DNA of 64,000 nt from a virus: positions 64,001 through 128,000 of the IMG/VR virus record IMGVR_UViG_3300032285_001029, one strand, 5' to 3'. Position 1 is the first letter of the stretch. Every line of letters begins with the position of its first letter. Of the stretch, positions 27,338 to 36,598 are shown piece after piece. The translations under genes were made by a program, and so were the position numbers. Below the pieces are notes generated by a model. That model did not search any database. It was not told the DNA's origin and was given only the letters and a program-made list of their open reading frames with translations.

Positions 27338-29115
27338 TAATTTGAAACCTCTACGTCATTTGCATAGCTAGTAAATCCGTTTTCTTTAATTACTTTAAGA
27401 ACATTACTGACTCTGCCGACAAGTTCGTCCTTGTGGCTGATTAAGTATACATTCTTGTTACGTTCTCTAGCAAATTTCTTTAGTACTGACAGTGCGTTCT
27501 CTACTCCTGCAGCATCAAGTCCGTTATCAATTAGCTCGTCAATGAATAGCAAGTTACAACTTTGATATAAACTTTCCCACACATCTCTAAATGCCCACGA
27601 CAATCCTAAGATTAATCTATTGCGCTCACCTCGTGATAAGTTATCAAAGTCTAAGTCTTGTCCTAACTGAGTAATCTCTACAGTTAAATCGTTTTGGAAT
27701 GTTACAAGATGAGGTAGACCCATTTTATCTAAGTAATGACTTAGTCTGTTATTCAGATAAGCTAAATTTTGATCAATAATCTTCTTGCGAATAAAACTGT
27801 CTTTGTTTGTTAACAGTTTTAGTAAGAACTCTTGATGATTCTTAAGTTCTGTTGCATTGTTAACAGTGTTCCATGATATTTCCTGCATGGCAGTATTGTT
27901 TAATTCATCGATCTGTTCTTGATACGGATCAACTTCTTCTGATCGTGTGATTAATTGTGTTTCAAGCGTTTTCAAATTGTTCTGATGTTTTAGTGCCTGC
28001 TCGACAGTATCATAATATGTGTCAGGGCGTGTGCCTAATTCACCTACTGCGGCAATCTCATCATTGACACGAGCATAATCCGCAGTTAGTTTCTGTAGAT
28101 ATGTATGAGCATCGCCTAGATTTTTTGCAGAAGTAGCTCGCATTTCTTCGTGCTTGTGATCCTGGAGCTCTTGTTCGCAAGCAGGGCACTTATTTTTTTC
28201 AAGCTGATTGTCTTCAGCAGTATATTTTTTAACTGTTTTATCTGCTTGAATAATTGCACTCTCCAGTGTAGCACGTTCTTTCATCAAGCTAGTATGTTTA
28301 GTTTTGCTTTCTAAGTGAGCTTTTAGTTCAGCATGTGCTATAATCTCTGCTTCTATGTCTACATTTTCTAATTCTACAATAGCTAGACCTATTTTTTCTA
28401 AGTCTGTTTTTTGTTGAGCATACCAAGCAGTTCGTCTTGAGTTTAGACCGTCAATGCTTTGCTGTATTTTTTCGTTACTGCGTTTTGCTGCTTCTATGTT
28501 TGCAGTCTCTTGTGTAATAACATCTTTAGTTTGACGAATTAGCTCTTTAAGACGTTCTGCTTTGTCAGACAATTGCGTAATTCCTAGCAGTTGTTCAATG
28601 ATAGTACGTTGATCCGCAGTTTTCATACTGAGGAATGGTTCAGTATATGTATTAAGTGCAACGATATGTTTAAACATATCATGACTCATACCAAGTAGCT
28701 CATCTAAATCCTTTTGTGTTTCTCTACTATCGCCTTGTGCATCATCAGTTTCGTCACTATCTTGTGCTTGATTATTAATAAAGAATTTTAGTACATTAGG
28801 TTTGCGACCTCGTTCTATACGATAGTCTACCCCATTCTTTTCAAAACTTAACGTAACTAACATATTCTTATTGTTAATTTTATTAATTAAGTTATCTTTT
28901 TTGATATTTGTAAGAGCATTGCCGTATAGTGCATAGCTCAAGGCATTAACAATAGTTGTTTTACCAGTACCGTTTCGACTGCCACTATCGTCGCCGCCTT
29001 GATCTAAGTTTTCACCTAGTACAAGCGTTAATTGTTGTTTGCTAAAGTCCACGGCTTGGGTCTGATTGCCTACGCTCATGAAGTTTTTTACTGTTAAATT
29101 CTTAATTCTGATCAT
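27337..29115 (-). CDS. gp46: Recombination exonuclease ATPase subunit (gp46, Rad50/SbcC-like)
   Basis: KNFMSVGN, Walker A NGTGKTT, CPAC zinc hook, LSRGE signature, LLFIDE Walker B, ISH. Confidence 0.96.
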   Translation of the reverse strand: MIRIKNLTVKNFMSVGNQTQAVDFSKQQLTLVLGENLDQGGDDSGSRNGTGKTTIVNALSYALYGNALTNIKKDNLINKINNKNMLVTLSFEKNGVDYRIERGRKPNVLKFFINNQAQDSDETDDAQGDSRETQKDLDELLGMSHDMFKHIVALNTYTEPFLSMKTADQRTIIEQLLGITQLSDKAERLKELIRQTKDVITQETANIEAAKRSNEKIQQSIDGLNSRRTAWYAQQKTDLEKIGLAIVELENVDIEAEIIAHAELKAHLESKTKHTSLMKERATLESAIIQADKTVKKYTAEDNQLEKNKCPACEQELQDHKHEEMRATSAKNLGDAHTYLQKLTADYARVNDEIAAVGELGTRPDTYYDTVEQALKHQNNLKTLETQLITRSEEVDPYQEQIDELNNTAMQEISWNTVNNATELKNHQEFLLKLLTNKDSFIRKKIIDQNLAYLNNRLSHYLDKMGLPHLVTFQNDLTVEITQLGQDLDFDNLSRGERNRLILGLSWAFRDVWESLYQSCNLLFIDELIDNGLDAAGVENALSVLKKFARERNKNVYLISHKDELVGRVSNVLKVIKENGFTSYANDVEVSN

Positions 29116-30122
29116 AGACTATTATAAATTTCCAGCAGAGTGATTTTATTAAAAGCATCGGATTCGATAGAAGTGATTTGATTAGCTACAATTTCGTCTA
29201 CGCTTTCAAATGCTTGTATTTCGAGGTTGGTATCTATTTGTGTTTCTTTGCGTTCAGCTATTAATGTAAGTTCTCTAATTGCATAATCTTGTAAAAACTT
29301 TTCTTTAATAAAACTTGCTTCTTCATAACTTACATCAATGTCCAATGCAACACGAAGATGTTGTTTAGGTTTAATGATAGATGCATTATCAATTAATTCA
29401 CTTAATTTTGTTGTGCGGAATGTAGGTTGTTCCGGCCAAGTTAGATATTCTGGCTGTTTGCCCCATTCTAAAATCATCATCCCACGCTCGTCATCCCACG
29501 CATCTGCATAATTGTGAGGAAAAGCATTGCCAATATAGATCATATTGCCCTGCTGTTGACGTTTGTGGAAGTGTCCGCTGAATCCTAATTCATATTCTTT
29601 GAAGTTATCGAGTTGTATTTCACCATGATCTGGCATCTGTACCATAGCGTTCATAAAGAAGTTAGGCAGTTCAAAATGTCCAAAAATATATTTGCCGGTA
29701 TGTTTTTTACCAATATGCTTCCATTCATCGCCGACTAACCAAGGACACATAGTGACTTCGCCGATAGTCACAGGTTCGTGAACTATAGTAATGCCCGGAA
29801 TGTATTTGCCAAACTCTACACTATGGATATCACGTTTATCCTTATAGTACAAATCGTGATTTCCGGGAAAGAAGAAGAACTGATCAAATGCTTGACCTAG
29901 TTTTTCTAATGCCCGCAGGCTATAATCCATAGTTGTAATGTTGAGACTGTTGCGATTGTGATGCCAATCGCCCATAAACATTCCAGTATCGCAGCCAGCC
30001 TGTTTAGCTTCTGCAATATACCAGTCAACAAAGTCTAAACAGTCTTGATTATGTGTCTGGCTATTACTTTTCAAACCAAAGTGTATGTCTGTAAAACAAG
30101 CTACTTTTTTAAATAGACTCAT
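29112..30122 (-). CDS. gp47: Recombination exonuclease nuclease subunit (gp47, Mre11/SbcD-like)
   Basis: Phosphoesterase motifs DIHFG, GDW.H, GNHD, GHFE, SGHFH. Confidence 0.96.
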   Translation of the reverse strand: MSLFKKVACFTDIHFGLKSNSQTHNQDCLDFVDWYIAEAKQAGCDTGMFMGDWHHNRNSLNITTMDYSLRALEKLGQAFDQFFFFPGNHDLYYKDKRDIHSVEFGKYIPGITIVHEPVTIGEVTMCPWLVGDEWKHIGKKHTGKYIFGHFELPNFFMNAMVQMPDHGEIQLDNFKEYELGFSGHFHKRQQQGNMIYIGNAFPHNYADAWDDERGMMILEWGKQPEYLTWPEQPTFRTTKLSELIDNASIIKPKQHLRVALDIDVSYEEASFIKEKFLQDYAIRELTLIAERKETQIDTNLEIQAFESVDEIVANQITSIESDAFNKITLLEIYNSL

Positions 30123-30958
30123 TCGCTACTCTCGTCAAATCTTTTCATAGCAGCAGCATGTTCGCCGTCGCTTATTCGTGTGTAACTAGGATTCATGCCA
30201 TTAATTTCTAAAATGTCATCTCGTATATTTTGATTGCGTTTTTCAATGTTAATTACTCGAACAAAACTATTAGTAACAGCAGCAGTGAAATAAGCAAAAG
30301 GGTTGTCTGATTTAGATTCATCGAATTGTAATCCTATTTGAGTGAGCTGTAAAATTGCTTGCCCTTTCATTTCGTCATTGTAAGTATATCCTCTTACATT
30401 ACCTCTTGTAGCATACCGCTCACATAATTTAAGCATCATACGTGCTAGATTGTTTGTAATTTGTCCTTTATCTTTATCAAAATGACCTTTACCAACAGTG
30501 CCTTTCCAATGACTTTTACCAACACACTCTAGTTCATCTTCGTCGTTAAATTTCCAATGTTGAAACGGAGGAAAGTTTACTTTATCTCTATGATCTGCTG
30601 TAGTTTTTGGATTCTTTTTGCGAGTATTGTTTAATGGTATATGATCAAATGTCATAACTCTAAACACTAATTCTTGTTTAAGTATTTTCTTGTAGTCGAC
30701 TTCGCAATCTGCTTGTTTAACCTTTTCTCCAGCAGCTTTTCTACGTGCATAATCCTGTTCACCTAGTCTTTTTGCTTTGTTGCGTTTAGCTTCTGCAATG
30801 GTTCTAATATTAATTTTTTCTATACTAGGCAAAATTATATCATATTGATGATATTCTGCTTTGGTAAAGCTGCAATATGAGCTTTTGGACTTATGTATTT
30901 CAGCTAGTAAGTCTTTATTGTTTAGATAATTTACTTTTACTGGTTGGGTTGGTGTCAT
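30119..30958 (-). CDS. gp55: Late-transcription sigma factor (gp55-like), with a long insertion
   Basis: NYLNNKDLL.EI N-terminus; GYTY.DEM...FD..KS.NPFAYFT...NSF...I..EK C-terminal motifs; adjacent to gp47/46 as in T4-like phages. Confidence 0.88.
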   Translation of the reverse strand: MTPTQPVKVNYLNNKDLLAEIHKSKSSYCSFTKAEYHQYDIILPSIEKINIRTIAEAKRNKAKRLGEQDYARRKAAGEKVKQADCEVDYKKILKQELVFRVMTFDHIPLNNTRKKNPKTTADHRDKVNFPPFQHWKFNDEDELECVGKSHWKGTVGKGHFDKDKGQITNNLARMMLKLCERYATRGNVRGYTYNDEMKGQAILQLTQIGLQFDESKSDNPFAYFTAAVTNSFVRVINIEKRNQNIRDDILEINGMNPSYTRISDGEHAAAMKRFDESSE

Positions 30959-30979
30959 GTGATATTCCTATATTGTAAA

Positions 30980-31008
30980 ATTATAAACTACGCACTTAAT
31001 AAAATCAA
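30980..31008 (-). promoter_or_regulatory. Sigma70-type (early/middle) promoter for the gp55-47-46 operon
   Basis: TTGATT (31008-31003), 17-nt spacer, TATAAT (30985-30980), then AGGA SD. Confidence 0.65.
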
Positions 31009-31015
31009 ATAAATA
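31008..31015 (+). promoter_or_regulatory. Late promoter AATAAATA for the baseplate operon
   Basis: TAAATA at 31010-31015 followed by GAGG SD. Confidence 0.7.
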
Positions 31016-31036
31016 CTTGTCAAAGAGGACAAATAT

Positions 31037-32056
31037 ATGCCAGCATTACGTAATAACTCGTCATTTGGTAGTGGCGTAAGCTCGACAATTAATGCAACAT
31101 CGAATATTATTAGCAGTGCGCAAACATCGTTCGCATCAGTTCGAAACTTGAGTAATGCGTTAACTGCAGACGGAAGCGATGTTGCTAGCGTTCTTAGAAG
31201 CTCAGCATTGCCAACAGCAGGCGAAGCAATTGGGGATTTAGGCAGTGCGTTTGCTAGTTTCCTGGGCGGAGACGCTGATCCTAATGATTGGAGAGTACGA
31301 TTAAGCTTACCTACATGGCCTAGTTTTAGGGGAAGTCCTGTTCTTGCACCGTTAAAGGATGCAGGCGGTCTAATTTTCCCCTATACTCCAACAATCACTA
31401 TGAAGTCTGGTGCTACGTATCAACCTCACCAACCCGTGCATACTAATTATCCTTTCCGGGCATATAAAAGTAGTAGTCCTGGTACAGTAGAAATTGTAGC
31501 CCCGATGAACGTAGAAGATCAAACACAAGCTTTATATTGGATAGCAGCAGTCCATTATCTTCGAAGTTTAAGTAAAATGTTCACAGGAGCCGATCCAAAG
31601 GCAGGAAATCCTCCTCCTATTGTCAGACTTAATGGTTACGGCCAATATGTTTTTAAAAATGTACCTGTGGTATTAACTAGTTTTAATTGCACACTTCCAA
31701 ATGATTGTGATTATATTGGAGTAAATGTTCAAGGTAGTTTAGCTGGTGCAATAGCCGATGTTGCAGACTCGTTAAGTGGGTTATTAGGAGGCATCGGTGG
31801 AGTGCCGTCGTTAAAAGATTATGCAGGATTAGCTAATTCGGCAAGTAATATATTAGGTGCGGTTAGTTCTGTTGCTAGTGTAGCAGGAAGTTTAGGTATT
31901 ACAGGATCGACCCCAGCAGGGTTTGCTTATGTTCCCACAAAAAGTCAGTTTACAATTTCACTAGAAGCAACATATAGTAGACAATCTGCTAGAAGCTTTA
32001 GTCTTGATAGATTTGTTACTGGCGGTTATGTTAGCGGTTCTACAGGGTATATTTAA
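31037..32056 (+). CDS. Baseplate/tail-tube initiator-like protein (gp48/gp54-like)
   Basis: LIFPYTP.I, G.PPPIV.L.GYG..VF..VPVV..SF tube-fold motifs; first gene of the baseplate cluster. Confidence 0.6.
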   Translation: MPALRNNSSFGSGVSSTINATSNIISSAQTSFASVRNLSNALTADGSDVASVLRSSALPTAGEAIGDLGSAFASFLGGDADPNDWRVRLSLPTWPSFRGSPVLAPLKDAGGLIFPYTPTITMKSGATYQPHQPVHTNYPFRAYKSSSPGTVEIVAPMNVEDQTQALYWIAAVHYLRSLSKMFTGADPKAGNPPPIVRLNGYGQYVFKNVPVVLTSFNCTLPNDCDYIGVNVQGSLAGAIADVADSLSGLLGGIGGVPSLKDYAGLANSASNILGAVSSVASVAGSLGITGSTPAGFAYVPTKSQFTISLEATYSRQSARSFSLDRFVTGGYVSGSTGYI

Positions 32057-32058
32057 TT

Positions 32059-32364
32059 ATGTCTGCAAAATATTCTAACACTAGTCCGTATTATCTGACT
32101 CCGATAAAAAATAATTTTAATTTAGATTTTTTACAAATTCGATCAGTCAGTGCAGAAGCCGATGATTTTTTATATACAATTGAACCTCAATATACTTATA
32201 GACCAGATCTATTAGCGTACGATTTGTATGGGCAAGCTGGTTTATGGTGGGTCTTTATTCAAAGAAATATGAATGTTTTAGAAGATCCTATTTTTGACTT
32301 TATACCAGGGGTACAGATTTATATTCCTAAAAATAGCAGTTTAAAAAAGGTGTTAGGATTATAA
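32059..32364 (+). CDS. gp53: Baseplate wedge protein gp53-like (LysM-like)
   Basis: YRPDLLAYDLYG...LWWVF..RN...DPIFDF..G..I.IP. Confidence 0.8.
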   Translation: MSAKYSNTSPYYLTPIKNNFNLDFLQIRSVSAEADDFLYTIEPQYTYRPDLLAYDLYGQAGLWWVFIQRNMNVLEDPIFDFIPGVQIYIPKNSSLKKVLGL

Positions 32365-32365
32365 A

Positions 32366-34543
32366 ATGGCACTACCAGGGTTAGACACGTCATTAACTAG
32401 TAACAATATAAGCTCAGGGAGTGCAACAGTCAATCCAGCTAATATTGTTAACTCAATCGGTGGAGTAATATCTACCGTTTCTAATATCTTAACAGCTAAA
32501 GATAAAACACTATCGTTGCCGTTGGCAAATCCTCTTGATGCTTATGCCACTTATGATTATATTTTTACATTAACCTCTATATCTGATGCTGATTTAAAAG
32601 ACAATACATTTATGAAGGGCTATAATAAATTTCCTATTATAGCAAAAACAGCTAGTAGTGATCCTAATAATCGTGTGCAAACGGCATTTGGAAAACATGA
32701 ATTCTATATAGATAATGTAACAATGACTAGTTCAGTCGGGTATACTGGCGGTAAAAATACTAATGTACACTTTTTTTCTTTTGAAGTAACAGAACCATAT
32801 AGTATTGGGTTATTTGTTGTAGCCATGCAACAAGCAGCATTTAATCAAAATCATAAAAATTTTAAAGTTGCACCTTATGTATTAACAGTTGAATTTAGGG
32901 GTAATAAAGAAGACGGTGGCATGGAAATTGTTCCTAACTGTACACGACACATTCCGTTTACAGTGACTTCTGTAGATATCCAAGCAACAGAAGCTGGATC
33001 GAAGTATACAGTTAATTGCACTAGTATTTCAACTATGGCATTAACTGTTTTAAAACAAACTGTTCCTACAGATATTAATATATCAGGGAAAACTGTACAA
33101 GAAGTATTACAAAGCGGACCCTTAAGTTTACAGAATATTGTTAACACAACAAAAAAACAAAATGCAATTAAAGATCAGGTATCTGATCAAATTTTAATTT
33201 TATTTCCTACTGATATTTCGTCTTCGGCAGTTGATGCTAATAGTTCGAGTAATACTGCAACGGTAAACCCGACTACTAGTCAGTTACCTAATGCCTTAAT
33301 TTCTAAATTTAATCTTACGGTTAGTACTGATAATGCACAAAATATTTTGTATTCATCATCAGATGTGAACGCCATTGGTCAAGCGTCGATGGGATTTAAT
33401 AAAGAAAGAAAGGCAGATGCGCCAACAGCGGATTATAAAAAAGTATATGACAAAACAAAACAAGTAAATGTAAGATCTAGCATATCAGCCGACGATGGTA
33501 CAAGTTCATTTAGATTCGCACAAAACATAGATATTCCGTCAATTATAAATGAAGTTATTTTGAATTCAACGTATGCTATTGATGCATTATCTCAAGATAA
33601 GATTGATGCGTTTGGTAATCGAACCTGGTGGAGAATAGATACTCAAGTTTTCAATATTGCATCGGCTAATGATACAAGTACAAATACAAAACCAACATTA
33701 ACTGTTTACAGAGTTGTTCCTTATTTGGTACACACTTCGACATTAATGGCCAGTAATAGTCAGCCTATTGGATTGCCAAATTTAGCTGCACAAGTACCTA
33801 AAGTTTATCAATACATATATACAGGAAAAAACACTTCTGTTTTAAAATTTGATATTAAATTTAATTTTGCATTCACTTCGGTTTTTCAATTTGATGATTT
33901 TAATCGAAGCCAAGATTCTGTGACTGCAAAACAAACAGGAGATACTTCAAGTAGTAAACAAGCAAACGGCAGTGCTTCAAGTTCGCCTGACTCAGAGCCT
34001 TCGACAAATCCAGGCAGCTGGGGCGGCCCTGCAAGAATACGCATCGGTACAGATTCATCATCGGATAATAAAGGCGGCGGTGGCTCGGAAAATTCACAAG
34101 TTAGGATAGCTAGGACATTCTTCGATGCGTTAAACAATCCAAATGATATGTTAGGATTAGATTTAGAGATAATAGGAGATCCGTTTTGGATTATTCAGAG
34201 TGGTGTAGCTAATTATACAGCAAAACCAGGACCTTATATAAATGTAAATCAAGACGGTACAGTAAACTATCAAAACGGCGAAGTACACATTGGTGTAATT
34301 TTTAAAAGCCCGCTTGACATCAATCAGTCAACGGGTATGTATGACTTTGGTAAATCTTCAGACAAGTCGTCGTCGGTTATTGGATTTAACGGACTGTATA
34401 GGGTTATCAACGTTGAAAGTAGGTTTCAAAATGGAATGTTTACTCAAGTACTAAAAGGAAATCGATTGCCTAATCAAGAAAATAAAAATGTTGCAAAACC
34501 AAATCAAACTCTTAATACTAATCCTCCTCCGGCAACTATATGA
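32366..34543 (+). CDS. Baseplate hub protein (gp27/VgrG N-terminal-like)
   Basis: Lies between gp53 and gp5; Y.YIYTG.N, LEIIGDPFW and GLY.V..VES.F..G.F.Q.L hub motifs. Confidence 0.65.
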   Translation: MALPGLDTSLTSNNISSGSATVNPANIVNSIGGVISTVSNILTAKDKTLSLPLANPLDAYATYDYIFTLTSISDADLKDNTFMKGYNKFPIIAKTASSDPNNRVQTAFGKHEFYIDNVTMTSSVGYTGGKNTNVHFFSFEVTEPYSIGLFVVAMQQAAFNQNHKNFKVAPYVLTVEFRGNKEDGGMEIVPNCTRHIPFTVTSVDIQATEAGSKYTVNCTSISTMALTVLKQTVPTDINISGKTVQEVLQSGPLSLQNIVNTTKKQNAIKDQVSDQILILFPTDISSSAVDANSSSNTATVNPTTSQLPNALISKFNLTVSTDNAQNILYSSSDVNAIGQASMGFNKERKADAPTADYKKVYDKTKQVNVRSSISADDGTSSFRFAQNIDIPSIINEVILNSTYAIDALSQDKIDAFGNRTWWRIDTQVFNIASANDTSTNTKPTLTVYRVVPYLVHTSTLMASNSQPIGLPNLAAQVPKVYQYIYTGKNTSVLKFDIKFNFAFTSVFQFDDFNRSQDSVTAKQTGDTSSSKQANGSASSSPDSEPSTNPGSWGGPARIRIGTDSSSDNKGGGGSENSQVRIARTFFDALNNPNDMLGLDLEIIGDPFWIIQSGVANYTAKPGPYINVNQDGTVNYQNGEVHIGVIFKSPLDINQSTGMYDFGKSSDKSSSVIGFNGLYRVINVESRFQNGMFTQVLKGNRLPNQENKNVAKPNQTLNTNPPPATI

Positions 34544-36093
34544 TTAATGTAAAAACAAATAATTATGTACCTTCGGGACAACCAGAATTAAGTCCGTTTC
34601 CAGTGTTGGCTAAAATTGTTAGCCACCTTGAGCCTAGTTACATGGGTAAATTAGAAGTTCAAATTTTACGTAATGTAAGTGGAGAATTATTAGACGGAAT
34701 AACACACCCTGTGAGTATGGTTAGTCCGTTCTGGGGACAAACTAGTGTAGATTATAATACAAGTGATTCAGGATACGACTACACACAAAAGTCGTACGGC
34801 ATGTGGATGATTCCGCCTGATGTTGGAACAGTTGGTATAGTAATATTCATTAATGGTAATGCTAAAAGAGGTTACTGGATAGGATTTGTTCCTGACGAGG
34901 GAGTAAATTTTATGACCCCAGGAATAGCAGCGACAGAGCTTACTAATCCTCAAATTTATAGAACCGACAAATTTGCTGGCACTAATGAAATACAAAGATT
35001 ACCAGTAGCAGAATATAATAAACGTGCAGTACCACAAGGTACAACAATTTCCGATCCTACGACAGTTGCTAAACCAATACATCCGTTAGCACAAATTTTA
35101 ACTGACCAAGGATTAGTATATGATGATACACGTGGCCTGACTAGTAGTTCATCTCGACGAGAATTACCGAGCATGGTGTTTGGTATTAGTACACCTGGAC
35201 CAATTGATAAGAGAGAAAATGCACCGCGTGGAGATGTCGGTCCTCCAGGTGATAAAATTAATAAGCAAGTAAGTCGCCTTGGCGGGACAACATTTGTTAT
35301 GGATGACGGTGATTCGGCATTTTTAAGAAAAGGTCCTGCATCAACAACGCCTCCTGAGTATGCAGCTATCGAGCAAGGCGACACTATACCTGATGATCCT
35401 ACAATTCCACACAACGAATGTGTGAGAATACGTACTAGAACCGGCCATCAGATACTATTACATAATTCAGAAGATTTAATTTATATTGGTAATGCTAAGG
35501 GTACTACTTGGATAGAATTAACCAGTAATGGAAAAATTGACATCTATGCTAAAGACAGTATTAGTATTCACTCAGAACAAGATTTAAATTTCAGAGCAGA
35601 TCGAGATATTAATTTAGAAGCCGGCAGAAATTTTAATGTACATGCAGCAGGAAACAAAACAGAAGAAATTAATGGAAATTTAAATTTAGTAGTTGCAAAA
35701 GATCAAAAAATTACAACACTTGGAAACCTTGATGTGTTGACACAAGGGCATACTTATATTACATCGGGCAGCAGAATTGATTTTCGAAGCTCAAAAATTT
35801 ACGCTACTGCGGGAAGAATTTATTGGAATAGCAGTAGTTCGGCAAATCAAGCTACTCCTGCATCTACATTGTCTAAACATAAAATTCCAGATTCAGAAGG
35901 TGCTACCGCTTTGCTTTCTATAATGAATCGTGTGCCTTTACAAGAACCTTGGCCGCATCATGAAAATTTAAATCCTGCTATGTTTGTATCTAGTAAAACT
36001 GATCGAAATGAAGCGGACATTACAGTACCATCGATGTTTGGAAAATATACAACATCGGTGGATACATTCAGAAGAGATGCTGTAAAAAAATAA
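34540..36093 (+). CDS. gp5: Baseplate central spike (gp5-like, no lysozyme domain evident)
   Basis: OB-fold region SYGMWM.PPDVG..V.F..G...YW.G; RIRTRTGHQI; beta-helix repeats; RVP..EPW..HE. Confidence 0.8.
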   Translation: MINVKTNNYVPSGQPELSPFPVLAKIVSHLEPSYMGKLEVQILRNVSGELLDGITHPVSMVSPFWGQTSVDYNTSDSGYDYTQKSYGMWMIPPDVGTVGIVIFINGNAKRGYWIGFVPDEGVNFMTPGIAATELTNPQIYRTDKFAGTNEIQRLPVAEYNKRAVPQGTTISDPTTVAKPIHPLAQILTDQGLVYDDTRGLTSSSSRRELPSMVFGISTPGPIDKRENAPRGDVGPPGDKINKQVSRLGGTTFVMDDGDSAFLRKGPASTTPPEYAAIEQGDTIPDDPTIPHNECVRIRTRTGHQILLHNSEDLIYIGNAKGTTWIELTSNGKIDIYAKDSISIHSEQDLNFRADRDINLEAGRNFNVHAAGNKTEEINGNLNLVVAKDQKITTLGNLDVLTQGHTYITSGSRIDFRSSKIYATAGRIYWNSSSSANQATPASTLSKHKIPDSEGATALLSIMNRVPLQEPWPHHENLNPAMFVSSKTDRNEADITVPSMFGKYTTSVDTFRRDAVKK

Positions 36094-36102
36094 GGAAAAA
36101 CA

Positions 36103-36552
36103 GTGAGCTCAAACGCAAAATTATACAACAAGATTGTTGTTCCATACAGTAATAGCTATAAAACAAATCCGGTACGAAGTCAAATGTACAAAGGATTTAG
36201 TACAATAAGTCCGGATACCAGGAATTTTAAACTTTTTGATTTTGAATTAATTAAACAGGATTTATTAAATCATTTTCATATAAGACAAGGCGAAAGATTA
36301 ATGAATCCTCGCTTCGGCTGTGTTATCTGGGAACTATTATTCGAACCATTAACAGATGATTTAAAAAATACTATTCAGAGAAATGTTGAAGATATTATAA
36401 ATTCTGATCCTAGAATAAAAGCGAATCAGGTAATAATTACATCTTATGAAACGGGAGTACAAATTGAGTGTGTTATTGAATATTTGCTTTACAATGTTCA
36501 AGAACAGATTCAACTTCAATTTGATCAAACAAATGGTCTGTTGACAGGATAA
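36103..36552 (+). CDS. gp25: Baseplate wedge subunit gp25
   Basis: LIKQDLLNHF.IR.GER.M.P.FG..IW..LFEP...DPR; GTG start with AAGGA SD. Confidence 0.92.
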   Translation: MSSNAKLYNKIVVPYSNSYKTNPVRSQMYKGFSTISPDTRNFKLFDFELIKQDLLNHFHIRQGERLMNPRFGCVIWELLFEPLTDDLKNTIQRNVEDIINSDPRIKANQVIITSYETGVQIECVIEYLLYNVQEQIQLQFDQTNGLLTG

Positions 36553-36572
36553 AATACGCAGATATTTCAAAA

Positions 36573-36580
36573 AATAAATA
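36573..36580 (+). promoter_or_regulatory. Late promoter AATAAATA
   Basis: TAAATA at 36575-36580 before gp6. Confidence 0.65.
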
Positions 36581-36598
36581 GTGATATAGAGATAAAAA

